A stretch of DNA of 64,000 nt from Candidatus Dormiibacterota bacterium (GTDB taxonomy: Bacteria > Chloroflexota > Dormibacteria > Aeolococcales > Aeolococcaceae). Within the stretch, counting starts at the first letter, position 1; each line of letters begins with the position of its first letter. Of the stretch, positions 38,827 to 49,968 are shown in pieces. Made by a program: the position numbers and the translations under genes. Below the pieces are notes generated by a model. It saw only the letters and a program-made list of their open reading frames with translations, did not search any database and was not told the DNA's origin. The stretch is taken from contig CAWHLW010000004.1 of assembly GCA_963830305.1 (NCBI GenBank), positions 73,867 through 137,866 on the forward strand, given 5' to 3'.

Positions 38827-38842
38827 CGCCCGAGGTCGGGCG
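38827..38842 (+). terminator. Short GC hairpin just after the acdS stop
   Basis: cgcccg-aggt-cgggcg, a 6-bp stem with no U-tract. Confidence 0.25.
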
Positions 38843-38916
38843 CTGCGTCCCCGGCGCATAAAACTTGTACTAATCTCAGTACCACCTGAACAACACACCG
38901 TCGAGGAGAAGAGGCC

Positions 38917-39042
38917 GTGGCTGGAGAGAAATCCCGGGGAGCCCCCAAGCGCCAGGGCAAGAAGCCCAAAGCTACCGCCATCGCCAAGGCAGCGAAGAAG
39001 GCAGCGGCACAGACCGCAACCCAGTCGCCGGCTGAGCGCTGA
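38917..39042 (+). CDS. Possible 41-aa Lys/Ala-rich basic small protein
   Basis: GTG start with GAGGAGAAGAGG upstream. An unusually AT-rich stretch (38851-38900) precedes it. Too short for the ORF track. Confidence 0.3.
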   Translation: MAGEKSRGAPKRQGKKPKATAIAKAAKKAAAQTATQSPAER

Positions 39043-39067
39043 CCTCCGCAGAGGTCCGTAGCAGCGG

Positions 39068-40931
<1,864 letters not shown>

Positions 40932-40955
40932 CTCTCGATTCTGACCGCCCGGCGT

Positions 40956-41321
40956 TTATCGGCCGCCCGTAACCCATTTCAGGAACTGCTGAATGTGGGC
41001 CGTCAGGGCGCTTTCGAGGTCCTGCAGCACCGTGTACTGGCCCGTCGCCGTGGCCGCCGTGTTGTCGTTGAGTTGCTTGAACAGTCCCGACAGCGGCTCG
41101 GTCAAGCCTCCGAGCGGGCCGGCGTCTGCCACCGGCGAGGCGCTGGCGAGCGGCAGTACCGGACCGGCTCCTGGGGTGGCTGTCGCCACTGCAGGCGGCG
41201 CCCAACTCGTGTAGCGGCCCTGCGGAGGAGCCGTCTGCGCAGCGGCATGAACGGCGAAAGCCGCAAGGCCGGCAACCGTGGCAACCCCGATGAATGCGCG
41301 GAAACGGTGAACACCAATCAT
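40956..41321 (-). CDS. Hypothetical secreted protein
   Basis: ATG at 41321 with a GGAGG SD. Signal peptide MIGVHRFRAFIGVATVAGLAAFAVHAAAQ. Confidence 0.55.
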   Translation of the reverse strand: MIGVHRFRAFIGVATVAGLAAFAVHAAAQTAPPQGRYTSWAPPAVATATPGAGPVLPLASASPVADAGPLGGLTEPLSGLFKQLNDNTAATATGQYTVLQDLESALTAHIQQFLKWVTGGR

Positions 41322-41403
41322 TGGGCAACCTCCAGATCCTGTGGCGGTCGCCCCTCCGGCCGGGCCGGCTGACACCGGCTGCTCAGAGTATACAGATCTG
41401 CGT

Positions 41404-41745
41404 ATGTACCGTTTGCCCGCGGGGCTGCCGGTCCCAGGCGTACTGCACCCCTATATTCATCGCGTGAACACAGCGAGGACTGTCTTGCTCTACGCGGTGT
41501 CCGCGATCGCCGGCATCCTGCTCGGGCTCGCGGCGGCGCAGGTCACCATCTCCTGCACCGGCCACTGCGTCGCGCAACCGCGTTTCCCGATATGGCAAAG
41601 CGGGGTGATCGGCCTGGCCGGCTCAGTCGTGGTGGTCATCGCATGCGCGCTTCTTGATGAGGAATTCATTCCAGTGACGCGCCAGTGGCTCCGTGCAGTG
41701 CGGCACCGCATCTCCGCCGACGGTCGCAAGCGGCAGGCAAGTTAG
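41404..41745 (+). CDS. Hypothetical small membrane protein
   Basis: Two TM helices. The start is uncertain (ATG 41404 or GTG about 41464). Confidence 0.4.
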   Translation: MYRLPAGLPVPGVLHPYIHRVNTARTVLLYAVSAIAGILLGLAAAQVTISCTGHCVAQPRFPIWQSGVIGLAGSVVVVIACALLDEEFIPVTRQWLRAVRHRISADGRKRQAS

Positions 41746-41783
41746 CGCCTGTCCGCGATCCCGACCGTCCTAGACTGCCCTGT

Positions 41784-42329
41784 GTGAGAAGCGTGGCTCG
41801 CAAGCTCGCCCTGATCCAGGTCGCCGCCCTCGTCCTGCTCGCGATTGGCCTGGTTTCCTGTGGTTATCCTACGGCGCCGGAGTGCGGCCAGCCCAACGCT
41901 GCGCACACCGCGCCGATCTCGGCCGACCCAGCGGTCGCGTGCTTCCTGACGGCTGCCAAGCACTGCAAGAGCATGGAGCTCGACGTCCTTGGGGACGGCT
42001 ATTCGAACTCGGTGGACCAGCACTTCATCATCACGCCGAAGGACCATTGCCGGATCGACGACTACGTTGTCTACGACTACAACAGCGTGCAGACGACGGC
42101 GCTCAACTGGCAATGCACGAGCTTTGCCCAGTTACCCGACTGGGGACTGGTGCTGACCGGCTGCTCGCCGCCGGTCAGCTGCTACTCCGCGCTCAATGCT
42201 CCGGTGATCGACCCTCCGGCGGTGCCACCGTCGCTGCCGCCGAGCGCAACGCCGACGCCGGTGCCGTCCTTCATCGCCACACCCGCACCGGCAGGTTCGC
42301 CGGTGGTCAACGGTCAGCCGCACTGCTGA
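41784..42329 (+). CDS. Putative lipoprotein, Cys-rich with a Pro-rich tail
   Basis: Signal peptide with the lipobox LVSCG. Eight further Cys residues. GTG start at 41784. Confidence 0.55.
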   Translation: MRSVARKLALIQVAALVLLAIGLVSCGYPTAPECGQPNAAHTAPISADPAVACFLTAAKHCKSMELDVLGDGYSNSVDQHFIITPKDHCRIDDYVVYDYNSVQTTALNWQCTSFAQLPDWGLVLTGCSPPVSCYSALNAPVIDPPAVPPSLPPSATPTPVPSFIATPAPAGSPVVNGQPHC

Positions 42330-42354
42330 AGAGCGAAGGTGAGACGATTCAAGC

Positions 42355-45300
42355 GTGGCTGACCCTGTTTCGCTGACCCTCCCGGCGATGGGTGAGTCCG
42401 TATCCGAAGGCATCGTGTCCCGCTGGCTCAAAGCCGTGGGAGACACTGTCGACGAGGGTGAGCCACTTGTCGAGGTGACCACCGACAAGGTCGACGTTGA
42501 AGTCCCTTCGCCGGCAACCGGACGGCTCACGGAGATCGTTGCCGCCGAAGGTGAGACCGTCGCGGTCGGTGCGACTCTCGCGGTGATCGCACCTGGACCG
42601 GCTGCCGCGCCGGCGGCTACACCGCCCGCAAAGCCCGCGGCAGCCGAGACCGAGCCGCCGCCTCCTCCCTCCAGCGCGCCGGAACCGAAGACAGAAGTTC
42701 CTGCCGTCGCTGCCGAGACGCCGGCAACACCCGCCCGTGCAGCGCCGGACGACGCTGCTCAAGCGGCGCCACCGCCCCCACCTCCACCGGCGGAGCCGGT
42801 GCCGGCAGAATCGACGCCCGTCTTTGCCTCCAACGGCTCCGACGTCGACGCGTCGCCCCTCGCCCGGCGCGCGGCGGCCAAGAACGGCATCGACCTGCAG
42901 TCGGTCCGCGGTTCGGGCCCGGGCGGCATCGTGACCAAAGCCGATGTGCTCGCGGCCAAGACCGGCGCCGGCGCTCGGCCCGACGCGTCGGTGCGGGTTG
43001 CCGACGGCGAGCATGCGGAGCCCATCAAGGGTCCGGCAGCCGCACTGGTCGATTACATGGAGCGCAGCCGCGACATCCCCACCGCGACCTCGTTTCGGAT
43101 GGTCAGCGTCGACGTCCTCGACTCCCGCCGGCGCCAGCTGAACAGTGCCCTCGCCGCCGGGGGCAACGCCGGCAAGGTGTCCTTCACCCACCTCATCGGA
43201 TATGCGATCGCCCGTGCCGCGGCCGCGAGTCCGGCGATGACCACGCACTTCGCGCGCACCGACGACGGCAAGCCGGCACGGGTCCCCGGACCTGCGCACC
43301 TCGGTCTGGCCGTCGACAGCGTGCGCAAGGACGGATCGCGCTCGCTGGTCGTCCCGGTGATTCGCAACGCCGCCGAGCTGCAGTTCAGCGAGTTCCGCGA
43401 CGAGTACGAGCGGCTGATCGAGCGCGCGCGCACCAACACCGTATCGGCTGACGAGCTCAAGGGCGCTACCTTGACGCTCACCAATCCTGGTGGCATCGGG
43501 ACGGTGGCCTCGGTTCCTCGACTGATGCCGGGCCAGGGAACGATCGTCGCGGTCGGCGCCATCGGCTATCCCGCGGAATGGCGTGGTGTTTCCGAAGCCA
43601 GTGTTCGCGACCTCGGCGTCGGCAAGGTCATGACCATGACCAGCACCTACGACCACCGGGTGATCCAGGGCGCCGAGTTGGGTGAGTTCCTCAGTCGCAT
43701 CGAAGCCCTGCTCGACGGCGCCGAAGGCTTCTACGACGCCGTTTTTGCCAGTCTTGGCTTGATCCTGCCTGCGCTCGAGCGGGTCCCCGCTCGGGTGACG
43801 GTGTCGTCCTCGCCGTCCCCGGCGCCCACCCCAGCTGCCCAGGGAACGCCGGATCGCGTCCTCCTCGCAGCGATGCAAGCGGCGACGTCACTCGTCAAGG
43901 CGCACCGCACCCACGGCCATCTCGGAGCGCACCTCGACCCGCTCGGGTCGCCGCCAATCGGCGATCCCGCGATGGATCCGGCCACCTATGGTCTCACCGA
44001 GGACCTGATGGAGCAGATCCCTGCGGACCTGCTGCGCGTCTACGTCGCGGGCCGCAACCTCGCCGAGGTGCTGCCGAATCTCCGGCGCACGTACTGCAGC
44101 ACCATCGCGTTCGAGATCGAGCACATCTCGAGCCATGAGCAGCGCGTGTGGCTGCGCGAGCACATCGAATCCGGCAAGTACCGGCCGGAGCTCACCGTCG
44201 AGGACCGGTTGCGTCTTCTCGAGCGCCTCACCAAGGTCGACGCGATGGAGCGATACCAACGCGCGGCATTCCTCGGACAGAAGACCTTCTCCATCGAAGG
44301 ACTCGATGCCCTCGTGCCCATGCTCGAGACGCTCATGACCATGGTCGCGGACGATGGCATTGGTGAGGCGGTCCTGGGAATGTCCCACCGCGGACGGCTC
44401 GCGGTCGTCGCGCACGTCGCCAATCACTCCTACGAGTCGATCCTCAACGCGTTCGAGCTCGCGTCGGCACGGCGACAGATCTCCCGTTTCGACACAACCG
44501 GCGACGTGAAGTACCACATCGGCGCAACCGGCACGTATCACACGGAAACGGGCAAGGTCATCCTGGTTCGCCTGCTGCCCAACCCCAGCCACCTGGAGGC
44601 GATCGACCCAGTTGTCGAGGGTTGGTGCCGTGCCGCGCAGACCCAGCGTCGCGCGACGACGTTGCACCTCGATCCCATGGCGGCACTGCCCGTGCTGATC
44701 CACGGCGATGCGGCGTTCGCCGGCCAGGGTGTGGTGCAGGAGGTGCTTAACCTGCAGTCGCTCCCCGGCTACACAACCGGTGGCACAGTGCACTTCATCG
44801 CCGACAACCAGGTAGGTTTCACCACCGACCCGCACGAGGGCAGGTCGACGCGCTACGCGTCGGACCTGGCCAAGGGCTTCGACATCCCCATCGTTCACGT
44901 CAACGCCGACGACGTCGAGGCGTGCCTGGCTGCGGTCACGTTCGCGTACGACTACCGCCGCGCGTATCGCCGCGACGTGATGGTGCACCTGATCGGCTAC
45001 CGCCGCTTCGGCCATAACGAGGCCGATGAACCGGCGTACACGCAGCCCCTCATGTACAAGAAGATTCGCGCACATCCAACCGTCCGTGAGATCTTCGCCG
45101 ACAAGCTCGTGACCGAGGGTCTGATCAAGCCTCAGGACGTCGACGCGCAGGCCAAGGCGATGTACACACGCATCGCTGACGCGCACAAGCGGGTCAAGGA
45201 AAACCTTGCCGCCGAGCTCGATGATCTGACCCACGAGCAGGTGATCGAAGAGCCGGACGACCCCATGCTGCGTACCGCGGTTTCCGGTCGCCAGCTTGCA

Positions 45301-46518
45301 GCGCTCAACGAGCAGCTGCTCACGTTTCCCAAGCACTTCACGCCGAACAGCAAGCTCATCCGCCAGATGGAGCGGCGCAAGTCGGCGCTGCTCGAGGGCG
45401 CGATCGACTGGGGGACGGCCGAAGCACTCGCCTTCGCATCGCTGATCACGCAGGGGCATCCGATCCGCTTGACCGGCCAGGACACCGTGCGCGGCACGTT
45501 CAGTCATCGCCACCTTGCGTTTCACGACGAGATCAATGGCGAGCTGTACATCCCGATGCAGCACCTCACCGACGCCCAGGCCACCTTCGAGGTGCTCAAC
45601 AGTCCCCTGAGCGAGGTCGGGTGTCTCGGCTTCGAATACGGCTACAGCGCAGCGGATCCGGAGACACTGGTCATCTGGGAAGCACAGTACGGCGATTTCT
45701 TCAACAACGCGGAGATGATCGTCGACCAGTTCGTGTCGTCGGCGCGCGCCAAGTGGGGCCAGCACTCACGGTTGACCATGCTCCTGCCGCACGGCTACGA
45801 GGGCAGCGGACCAGAGCATTCGAGCGCGCGCATCGAGCGCTTCCTGCAGCTCTCTGCCAACGACAACATGCGCCTCGTCAACTGCACGACGCCGGCGCAG
45901 TACTTCCATCTGCTGCGCAGCCAGGGTCTCCTCGGCGACCCGCGTCCGCTGGTCGTGTTCACCCCGAAGAGCCTGCTGCGTCTCAAGGAGTCGACCTCAA
46001 AGCTCGCCGACCTCAGCTCGGGACGATTCCAGCCCGTCATCGACGATCCCACCGGATCGGAACGTCGCGACGAGGTGCGCACGTTGCTGCTCTGTTCGGG
46101 GCGGATCTACTACGAGCTCACCCTGGTGCCGCAACGCGCAGAGGCGACCGATATTGCCATCGCGCGCGTTGAACAACTCTATCCCCTCCCGATCGACTCG
46201 ATCCTCGACCTCGTCGCCTCGTACCCCAATCTCGAGCGGCTGTTCTGGGTGCAGGAGGAGCCGCAGAACATGGGAGCGTGGGGGAGCCTCCAGCGCGCAA
46301 TCGGCGTGGCGCGCCCATACAACATCGAGTGGGGTTACATCGGCAGGCCGGGCCGCGCCAGCCCCTCGGAAGGGTATGCAGGCTCGCATCAGCTCGAGCA
46401 GGAACGCATCGTCACTGAAGCATTCGCAACCTCGCGACGCGGAAAGCACAAGCCTGTCGAACCGTCCGTGGACGGATCTGACGCCGCCGTGCCCGCAACC
46501 ACGCACACCTCGGCATGA
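42355..46518 (+). CDS. kgd: Multifunctional 2-oxoglutarate dehydrogenase: lipoyl domain, PSBD and E2o acyltransferase core fused to the E1o (Kgd/SucA) ThDP enzyme
   Basis: 1387 aa. Lipoyl domain (VEVTTDKVDVEVPSP), PSBD (SPLARRAAAKNGIDLQSVRGSGPGG), E2 core (TSTYDHRVIQGAE), then a full-length E1o region (GDAAFAGQG, HGYEGSGPEHSS). Confidence 0.9.
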   Translation: MADPVSLTLPAMGESVSEGIVSRWLKAVGDTVDEGEPLVEVTTDKVDVEVPSPATGRLTEIVAAEGETVAVGATLAVIAPGPAAAPAATPPAKPAAAETEPPPPPSSAPEPKTEVPAVAAETPATPARAAPDDAAQAAPPPPPPPAEPVPAESTPVFASNGSDVDASPLARRAAAKNGIDLQSVRGSGPGGIVTKADVLAAKTGAGARPDASVRVADGEHAEPIKGPAAALVDYMERSRDIPTATSFRMVSVDVLDSRRRQLNSALAAGGNAGKVSFTHLIGYAIARAAAASPAMTTHFARTDDGKPARVPGPAHLGLAVDSVRKDGSRSLVVPVIRNAAELQFSEFRDEYERLIERARTNTVSADELKGATLTLTNPGGIGTVASVPRLMPGQGTIVAVGAIGYPAEWRGVSEASVRDLGVGKVMTMTSTYDHRVIQGAELGEFLSRIEALLDGAEGFYDAVFASLGLILPALERVPARVTVSSSPSPAPTPAAQGTPDRVLLAAMQAATSLVKAHRTHGHLGAHLDPLGSPPIGDPAMDPATYGLTEDLMEQIPADLLRVYVAGRNLAEVLPNLRRTYCSTIAFEIEHISSHEQRVWLREHIESGKYRPELTVEDRLRLLERLTKVDAMERYQRAAFLGQKTFSIEGLDALVPMLETLMTMVADDGIGEAVLGMSHRGRLAVVAHVANHSYESILNAFELASARRQISRFDTTGDVKYHIGATGTYHTETGKVILVRLLPNPSHLEAIDPVVEGWCRAAQTQRRATTLHLDPMAALPVLIHGDAAFAGQGVVQEVLNLQSLPGYTTGGTVHFIADNQVGFTTDPHEGRSTRYASDLAKGFDIPIVHVNADDVEACLAAVTFAYDYRRAYRRDVMVHLIGYRRFGHNEADEPAYTQPLMYKKIRAHPTVREIFADKLVTEGLIKPQDVDAQAKAMYTRIADAHKRVKENLAAELDDLTHEQVIEEPDDPMLRTAVSGRQLAALNEQLLTFPKHFTPNSKLIRQMERRKSALLEGAIDWGTAEALAFASLITQGHPIRLTGQDTVRGTFSHRHLAFHDEINGELYIPMQHLTDAQATFEVLNSPLSEVGCLGFEYGYSAADPETLVIWEAQYGDFFNNAEMIVDQFVSSARAKWGQHSRLTMLLPHGYEGSGPEHSSARIERFLQLSANDNMRLVNCTTPAQYFHLLRSQGLLGDPRPLVVFTPKSLLRLKESTSKLADLSSGRFQPVIDDPTGSERRDEVRTLLLCSGRIYYELTLVPQRAEATDIAIARVEQLYPLPIDSILDLVASYPNLERLFWVQEEPQNMGAWGSLQRAIGVARPYNIEWGYIGRPGRASPSEGYAGSHQLEQERIVTEAFATSRRGKHKPVEPSVDGSDAAVPATTHTSA

Positions 46519-47882
46519 GCCAACGCGTCGTGGTGCTCGGCGGCGGTCCCGCCGGTGATGTCGCTGCGCTTCGCGCCGCGCAACTCGGCGCCGAGGTGAC
46601 CATGGTCGAACGCGCCGAGCTGGGCGGCACCTGCCTCAACTGGGGATGCATTCCCACCAAGTCGCTGCTCGCCGGCGCTGATGTCTTGCGCAAGATCCGC
46701 GCCGCCGCATCGTTCGGGATTCGCGTTCCCGAGCCCGAGATCGACTTCCCTCGGATGATGGAGCGCAAGGAGGAGATCGTCCTGACGCTGCGCAAAGGCG
46801 TCGAGGCTGCATGCAAACGCAAGGGCGTCAAGGTCGTCCACGCCCAGGGCGTCGTCGACGGCGACGCGGTGGTCACCGGCGCCGAGCGCCACGAGTTCGA
46901 TCACCTCATCGTCTGCGTCGGCACCGAGGCATCGGGGCTGCCGGGCATCGACATGGAGCACCCGCGGGTGGTGACGTCCGACGGTATCCTCCGCCTCGAA
47001 CGCATCCCGGACCACATGCTCGTGATCGGCGGCGGCGTCGTCGGGTGTGAGTTCGCGAGCCTGTTCGCGGCGTTGGGATCGCGGATCACGGTTGTCGAAA
47101 TGCTGCCGCAGGTACTCGCCGGCGTGGATGCGCGCATCGTCCAGCAGTGGCGTCGCCTCGTGGAAAAACAGGGCGTCAACTTCCTGCCCGGACGTCGCAT
47201 CGAATCGATGGACTACGCCGCGGACGCCGTCAAAGCGCACCTCGACGACGGCACCGCAATCGAAGCCGACCTCCTGCTCGTCTCGGTCGGCCGCCGTTCA
47301 CAGACCCGAGGGATCGGCCTCGAGGAAGCGGGCGTCGCCATCAACGATCGCGACCACATCGAAGTGGACGACTTCCTGCGCACCGCCAACCCGAAGATCT
47401 GGGCAGCAGGTGACTGCATCGGCGGCCTCCAACTCGCCCACCTCGGCAGCGCCGAAGGCGGCCGCGCCGCCGAGAACGCCCTCGGTCACGAGGTCATGAA
47501 GATGGACCGCACCGTCGTGCCCTCATGCATCTACACCCATCCCGAAATCGCCATGGTTGGCCTAAACCCCGAGACAGCAAAAGCAGCCGGCATCAGCGTC
47601 AAACTCGGCCAAGCGCGCTACCTCGGCAACGGCAAAGCCCTCGGCGAGGGCGAGCCCGACGGACTCGTCCAGCTGTATGCCGACGAGACCACCGACCGGC
47701 TCGTGGGCGCCACCGTCATGGGTGTCCACGCCGTGGAGATCATCCACGAAGTCGGAGTCGCGATCAGCGACGGACTGTCAATGGACGATCTTGGCTCGAT
47801 CATCCACGCCCACCCCACCGTCAGCGAACTGATGATGGACGCGGCTGAACTCGGCGAAAATATCGCGCCGTACCTAAGCTGA
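46515..47882 (+). CDS. lpd: Dihydrolipoyl dehydrogenase (E3)
   Basis: GGGPAG FAD motif, redox-active CLNWGCIPTK and the C-terminal HAHPT motif. ATGA overlap with kgd. Confidence 0.9.
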   Translation: MSQRVVVLGGGPAGDVAALRAAQLGAEVTMVERAELGGTCLNWGCIPTKSLLAGADVLRKIRAAASFGIRVPEPEIDFPRMMERKEEIVLTLRKGVEAACKRKGVKVVHAQGVVDGDAVVTGAERHEFDHLIVCVGTEASGLPGIDMEHPRVVTSDGILRLERIPDHMLVIGGGVVGCEFASLFAALGSRITVVEMLPQVLAGVDARIVQQWRRLVEKQGVNFLPGRRIESMDYAADAVKAHLDDGTAIEADLLLVSVGRRSQTRGIGLEEAGVAINDRDHIEVDDFLRTANPKIWAAGDCIGGLQLAHLGSAEGGRAAENALGHEVMKMDRTVVPSCIYTHPEIAMVGLNPETAKAAGISVKLGQARYLGNGKALGEGEPDGLVQLYADETTDRLVGATVMGVHAVEIIHEVGVAISDGLSMDDLGSIIHAHPTVSELMMDAAELGENIAPYLS

Positions 47883-48087
47883 ACGCCTGGCGACGGAGCG
47901 GGAGGCGTCGCCCGCGCCACGGCCTAAGCAACGCCCTGCGACGCGGAGCGGGAGGGGTCGCCCGCGCCGCTGCTCAGCTTGTCAGCGCCCTCCTTCGCGC
48001 AAGCAGATTGTCGCGCTCTCTCGGGCGCTGCCAAATTCGCGGCGGCACGGGCGACCCCTCCCGCTCCGAGACCACGCTCAGCTTAGG
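47873..48087. repeat. Three copies of a ~45-nt GC-rich element (two direct, one inverted) between convergent genes. REP-like element or bidirectional terminator.
   Basis: Units at 47873-47918 and 47923-47968 (direct) and 48044-48087 (inverted). The core ggagcgggagg(c/g)gtcgcccg(c/t)gcc can form a stem of at least 24 bp. The outer cctaagc ends overlap both stop codons. Confidence 0.8.
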
Positions 48088-48493
48088 AAGTCGCGGTCTT
48101 ACGCAGCCGCTCGTCGCGTCGCCGCTTATTCCGCATCCGCACGGCGACGATTAGGACGCGTCCTTCGAACCAGGTCGCCCATCCGGACGCGAGGGCTGCG
48201 GCGAGGAGGATCGCACCGAGCCAGCGCGGCCCCAACACGACGATGGTGAGGCCCGAGACGAGGAGCACCGCGGTCACCGCGAGGAACGTGGCGGTCAGCA
48301 GCGCGCGCCACGTGAGGAGGATCGATGTCTTGACCGCCATGACGGCCGCTTGCGCGTCGATGCGCGCTTTCGGCGTGGCGCCCGGAACAGGTTGACCGTT
48401 CGCGTAGGCGCTCCGGCGGCTGGTCGCGATGCGCCAGAAAAACAGGCTTGCCGCAAGCCTGGCGAGGAGCCGGATCAAGATCGCCCACGGCAT
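48083..48493 (-). CDS. Hypothetical membrane protein
   Basis: 136 aa with three hydrophobic helices and a basic C-terminus. Confidence 0.5.
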   Translation of the reverse strand: MPWAILIRLLARLAASLFFWRIATSRRSAYANGQPVPGATPKARIDAQAAVMAVKTSILLTWRALLTATFLAVTAVLLVSGLTIVVLGPRWLGAILLAAALASGWATWFEGRVLIVAVRMRNKRRRDERLRKTATS

Positions 48494-48540
48494 GTCCCCA
48501 TGCTACAGTCGCCGAGCGTTTGAACCGTGGGAGCAACGAG

Positions 48541-48768
48541 ATGATTCGTGCGTACGTGCTCGTGACAGCGAGCGCAGGCAAGGCGCAACACGTGGCAGAT
48601 GGCCTGAGAGGCAGCGACGGCATCGTCCTGGTCGACGCGATCACGGGCGAGTACGACGTCATCGCCCAGGTCGAGGCACCCGACGTGCCGGGGATCGGAC
48701 GTCTGATCCTCGACCGGATTCAGTCCGCGGACGGCGTGGTCAAGACGATCACGTGCCTCGCGGTCTGA
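48541..48768 (+). CDS. Stand-alone Lrp/AsnC ligand-binding (RAM) domain protein
   Basis: From the ATG at 48541: MIRAYVLVTASAGKAQHVADGLRGSDGIVLVDAITGEYDVIAQVE, typical of small AsnC-type proteins. Confidence 0.65.
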   Translation: MIRAYVLVTASAGKAQHVADGLRGSDGIVLVDAITGEYDVIAQVEAPDVPGIGRLILDRIQSADGVVKTITCLAV

Positions 48769-48856
48769 TCCCGGCGTCTCCATCCCCGTCGGGGGCTCTG
48801 GGCTGGGTGGTCTAGCCGGACTCTACCGGACGGCGCTGGCGCGCCTACGCGGCAGC

Positions 48857-49615
48857 GTGCACCTGCGGCGCTCGCTGCTCTTCTGGACCGTCCTCGGGCT
48901 GATCCTCGGCGAAGCGGTGAGCAGCGACGTGGCGCTCGTGCACGGGCATGGCACGATCACGCTCGCGGTGATCGCCACCGCCGTCTGGTGGGTGTTGGTC
49001 ACCGTCGGCGTGATCGGCGGCGCCGCCCTGCTGCGGACGCCCGACGGGACTCCCGTCGACCGGTATGGGATTCCCAATGGGCTCACCGCGCTGCGTGGCT
49101 ATGCGTGTGTCCCGGTGTTGTTCATCGGCACGCTGACGCTGCCGGGGCGTCTCGGCCTCGCACTCTGGGGCAGCATCGGCGGGTCCGTCGGCCTCCTCGA
49201 CGCGGTGGACGGATTCATCGCCCGCCGGTACGGTCCGGTCACCGTCCTGGGCAAGGCCATGGACCCGTTCGGGGATGCCATCTATTTCGTCGTGGGGGCG
49301 ATCGGATCCTGGGCGCTCGGCATCCTCCCGCTCTGGCTCGCCCTGCTGATCGTTGTTCGCTACTCGGGACCGGTCCTGTTGACGCCGATCGTCCTCCTGA
49401 CCGGACGCCGCCCGGAGCTCGTGTATACCGTGTGGGGCCGACGGAACACGCTGTTCACCGGGATCGTGATCTTCGCCCTCTACTGGGTCCGGCTCTTCTC
49501 AGGACCGGTCGAAATCGTTGCGCTGATCATCGCGATCCCGACACTCGTGCCCACGGCTCTGCTCCACTTCGTGGCGCTGTTCCAGCGGGTTGCCGCGTCG
49601 CCGCGGGCACGGTGA
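48857..49615 (+). CDS. CDP-alcohol phosphatidyltransferase-family membrane protein
   Basis: Motif LDAVDGFIARRYGPVTVLGKAMDPFGDAI (DG-x2-AR...G-x3-D-x3-D), with six TM helices. Confidence 0.7.
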   Translation: MHLRRSLLFWTVLGLILGEAVSSDVALVHGHGTITLAVIATAVWWVLVTVGVIGGAALLRTPDGTPVDRYGIPNGLTALRGYACVPVLFIGTLTLPGRLGLALWGSIGGSVGLLDAVDGFIARRYGPVTVLGKAMDPFGDAIYFVVGAIGSWALGILPLWLALLIVVRYSGPVLLTPIVLLTGRRPELVYTVWGRRNTLFTGIVIFALYWVRLFSGPVEIVALIIAIPTLVPTALLHFVALFQRVAASPRAR

Positions 49616-49624
49616 CGGTCCGGG

Positions 49625-49966
49625 TCAGGACCCGGAGGGGACGAGCAGATCTCGGAGGTGCAGCAGCCAGCCCTCTGGTGTGAGTCCGTTGGCCACCGGG
49701 ACGTAGTTGCAGTCGAACCCGTCAGCGAGGACGCGCGTCAGTGCGTCGTCGTCGAATCCCACGCCGACAAGGCGGGCGATGTCACCCGCGGCAGACGCAA
49801 CGGTGTCTGGCGAGGCGTCACGCGCAAATGCATGGAGCGCGGCGTCCGGAGTCGCATGGTCCTGCTGCCAGTCCTGGTGGTAGTAGCCGGCCAGCAGCTG
49901 GGCGAGTGCCGGATATTCCGTTGGGGCGTTGTCGATCGCGATGTCGATATCGATGATGCCATTCAT
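49625..49966 (-). CDS. CdiI-type (CdiI_2-like) polymorphic-toxin immunity protein
   Basis: ATG at 49966 with a GGAG SD, 2 nt after the toxin stop. The LLAGYYHQDW motif and the C-terminal GLTPEGWLLHLRDLL match the immunity-family pattern. Confidence 0.7.
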   Translation of the reverse strand: MNGIIDIDIAIDNAPTEYPALAQLLAGYYHQDWQQDHATPDAALHAFARDASPDTVASAAGDIARLVGVGFDDDALTRVLADGFDCNYVPVANGLTPEGWLLHLRDLLVPSGS

Positions 49967-49968
49967 TG

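Noticed and set aside
43888-45765. 625-aa ORF on the minus strand
   Set aside because: It is antisense to the E1o part of kgd, which is unambiguous, so this is a shadow ORF.
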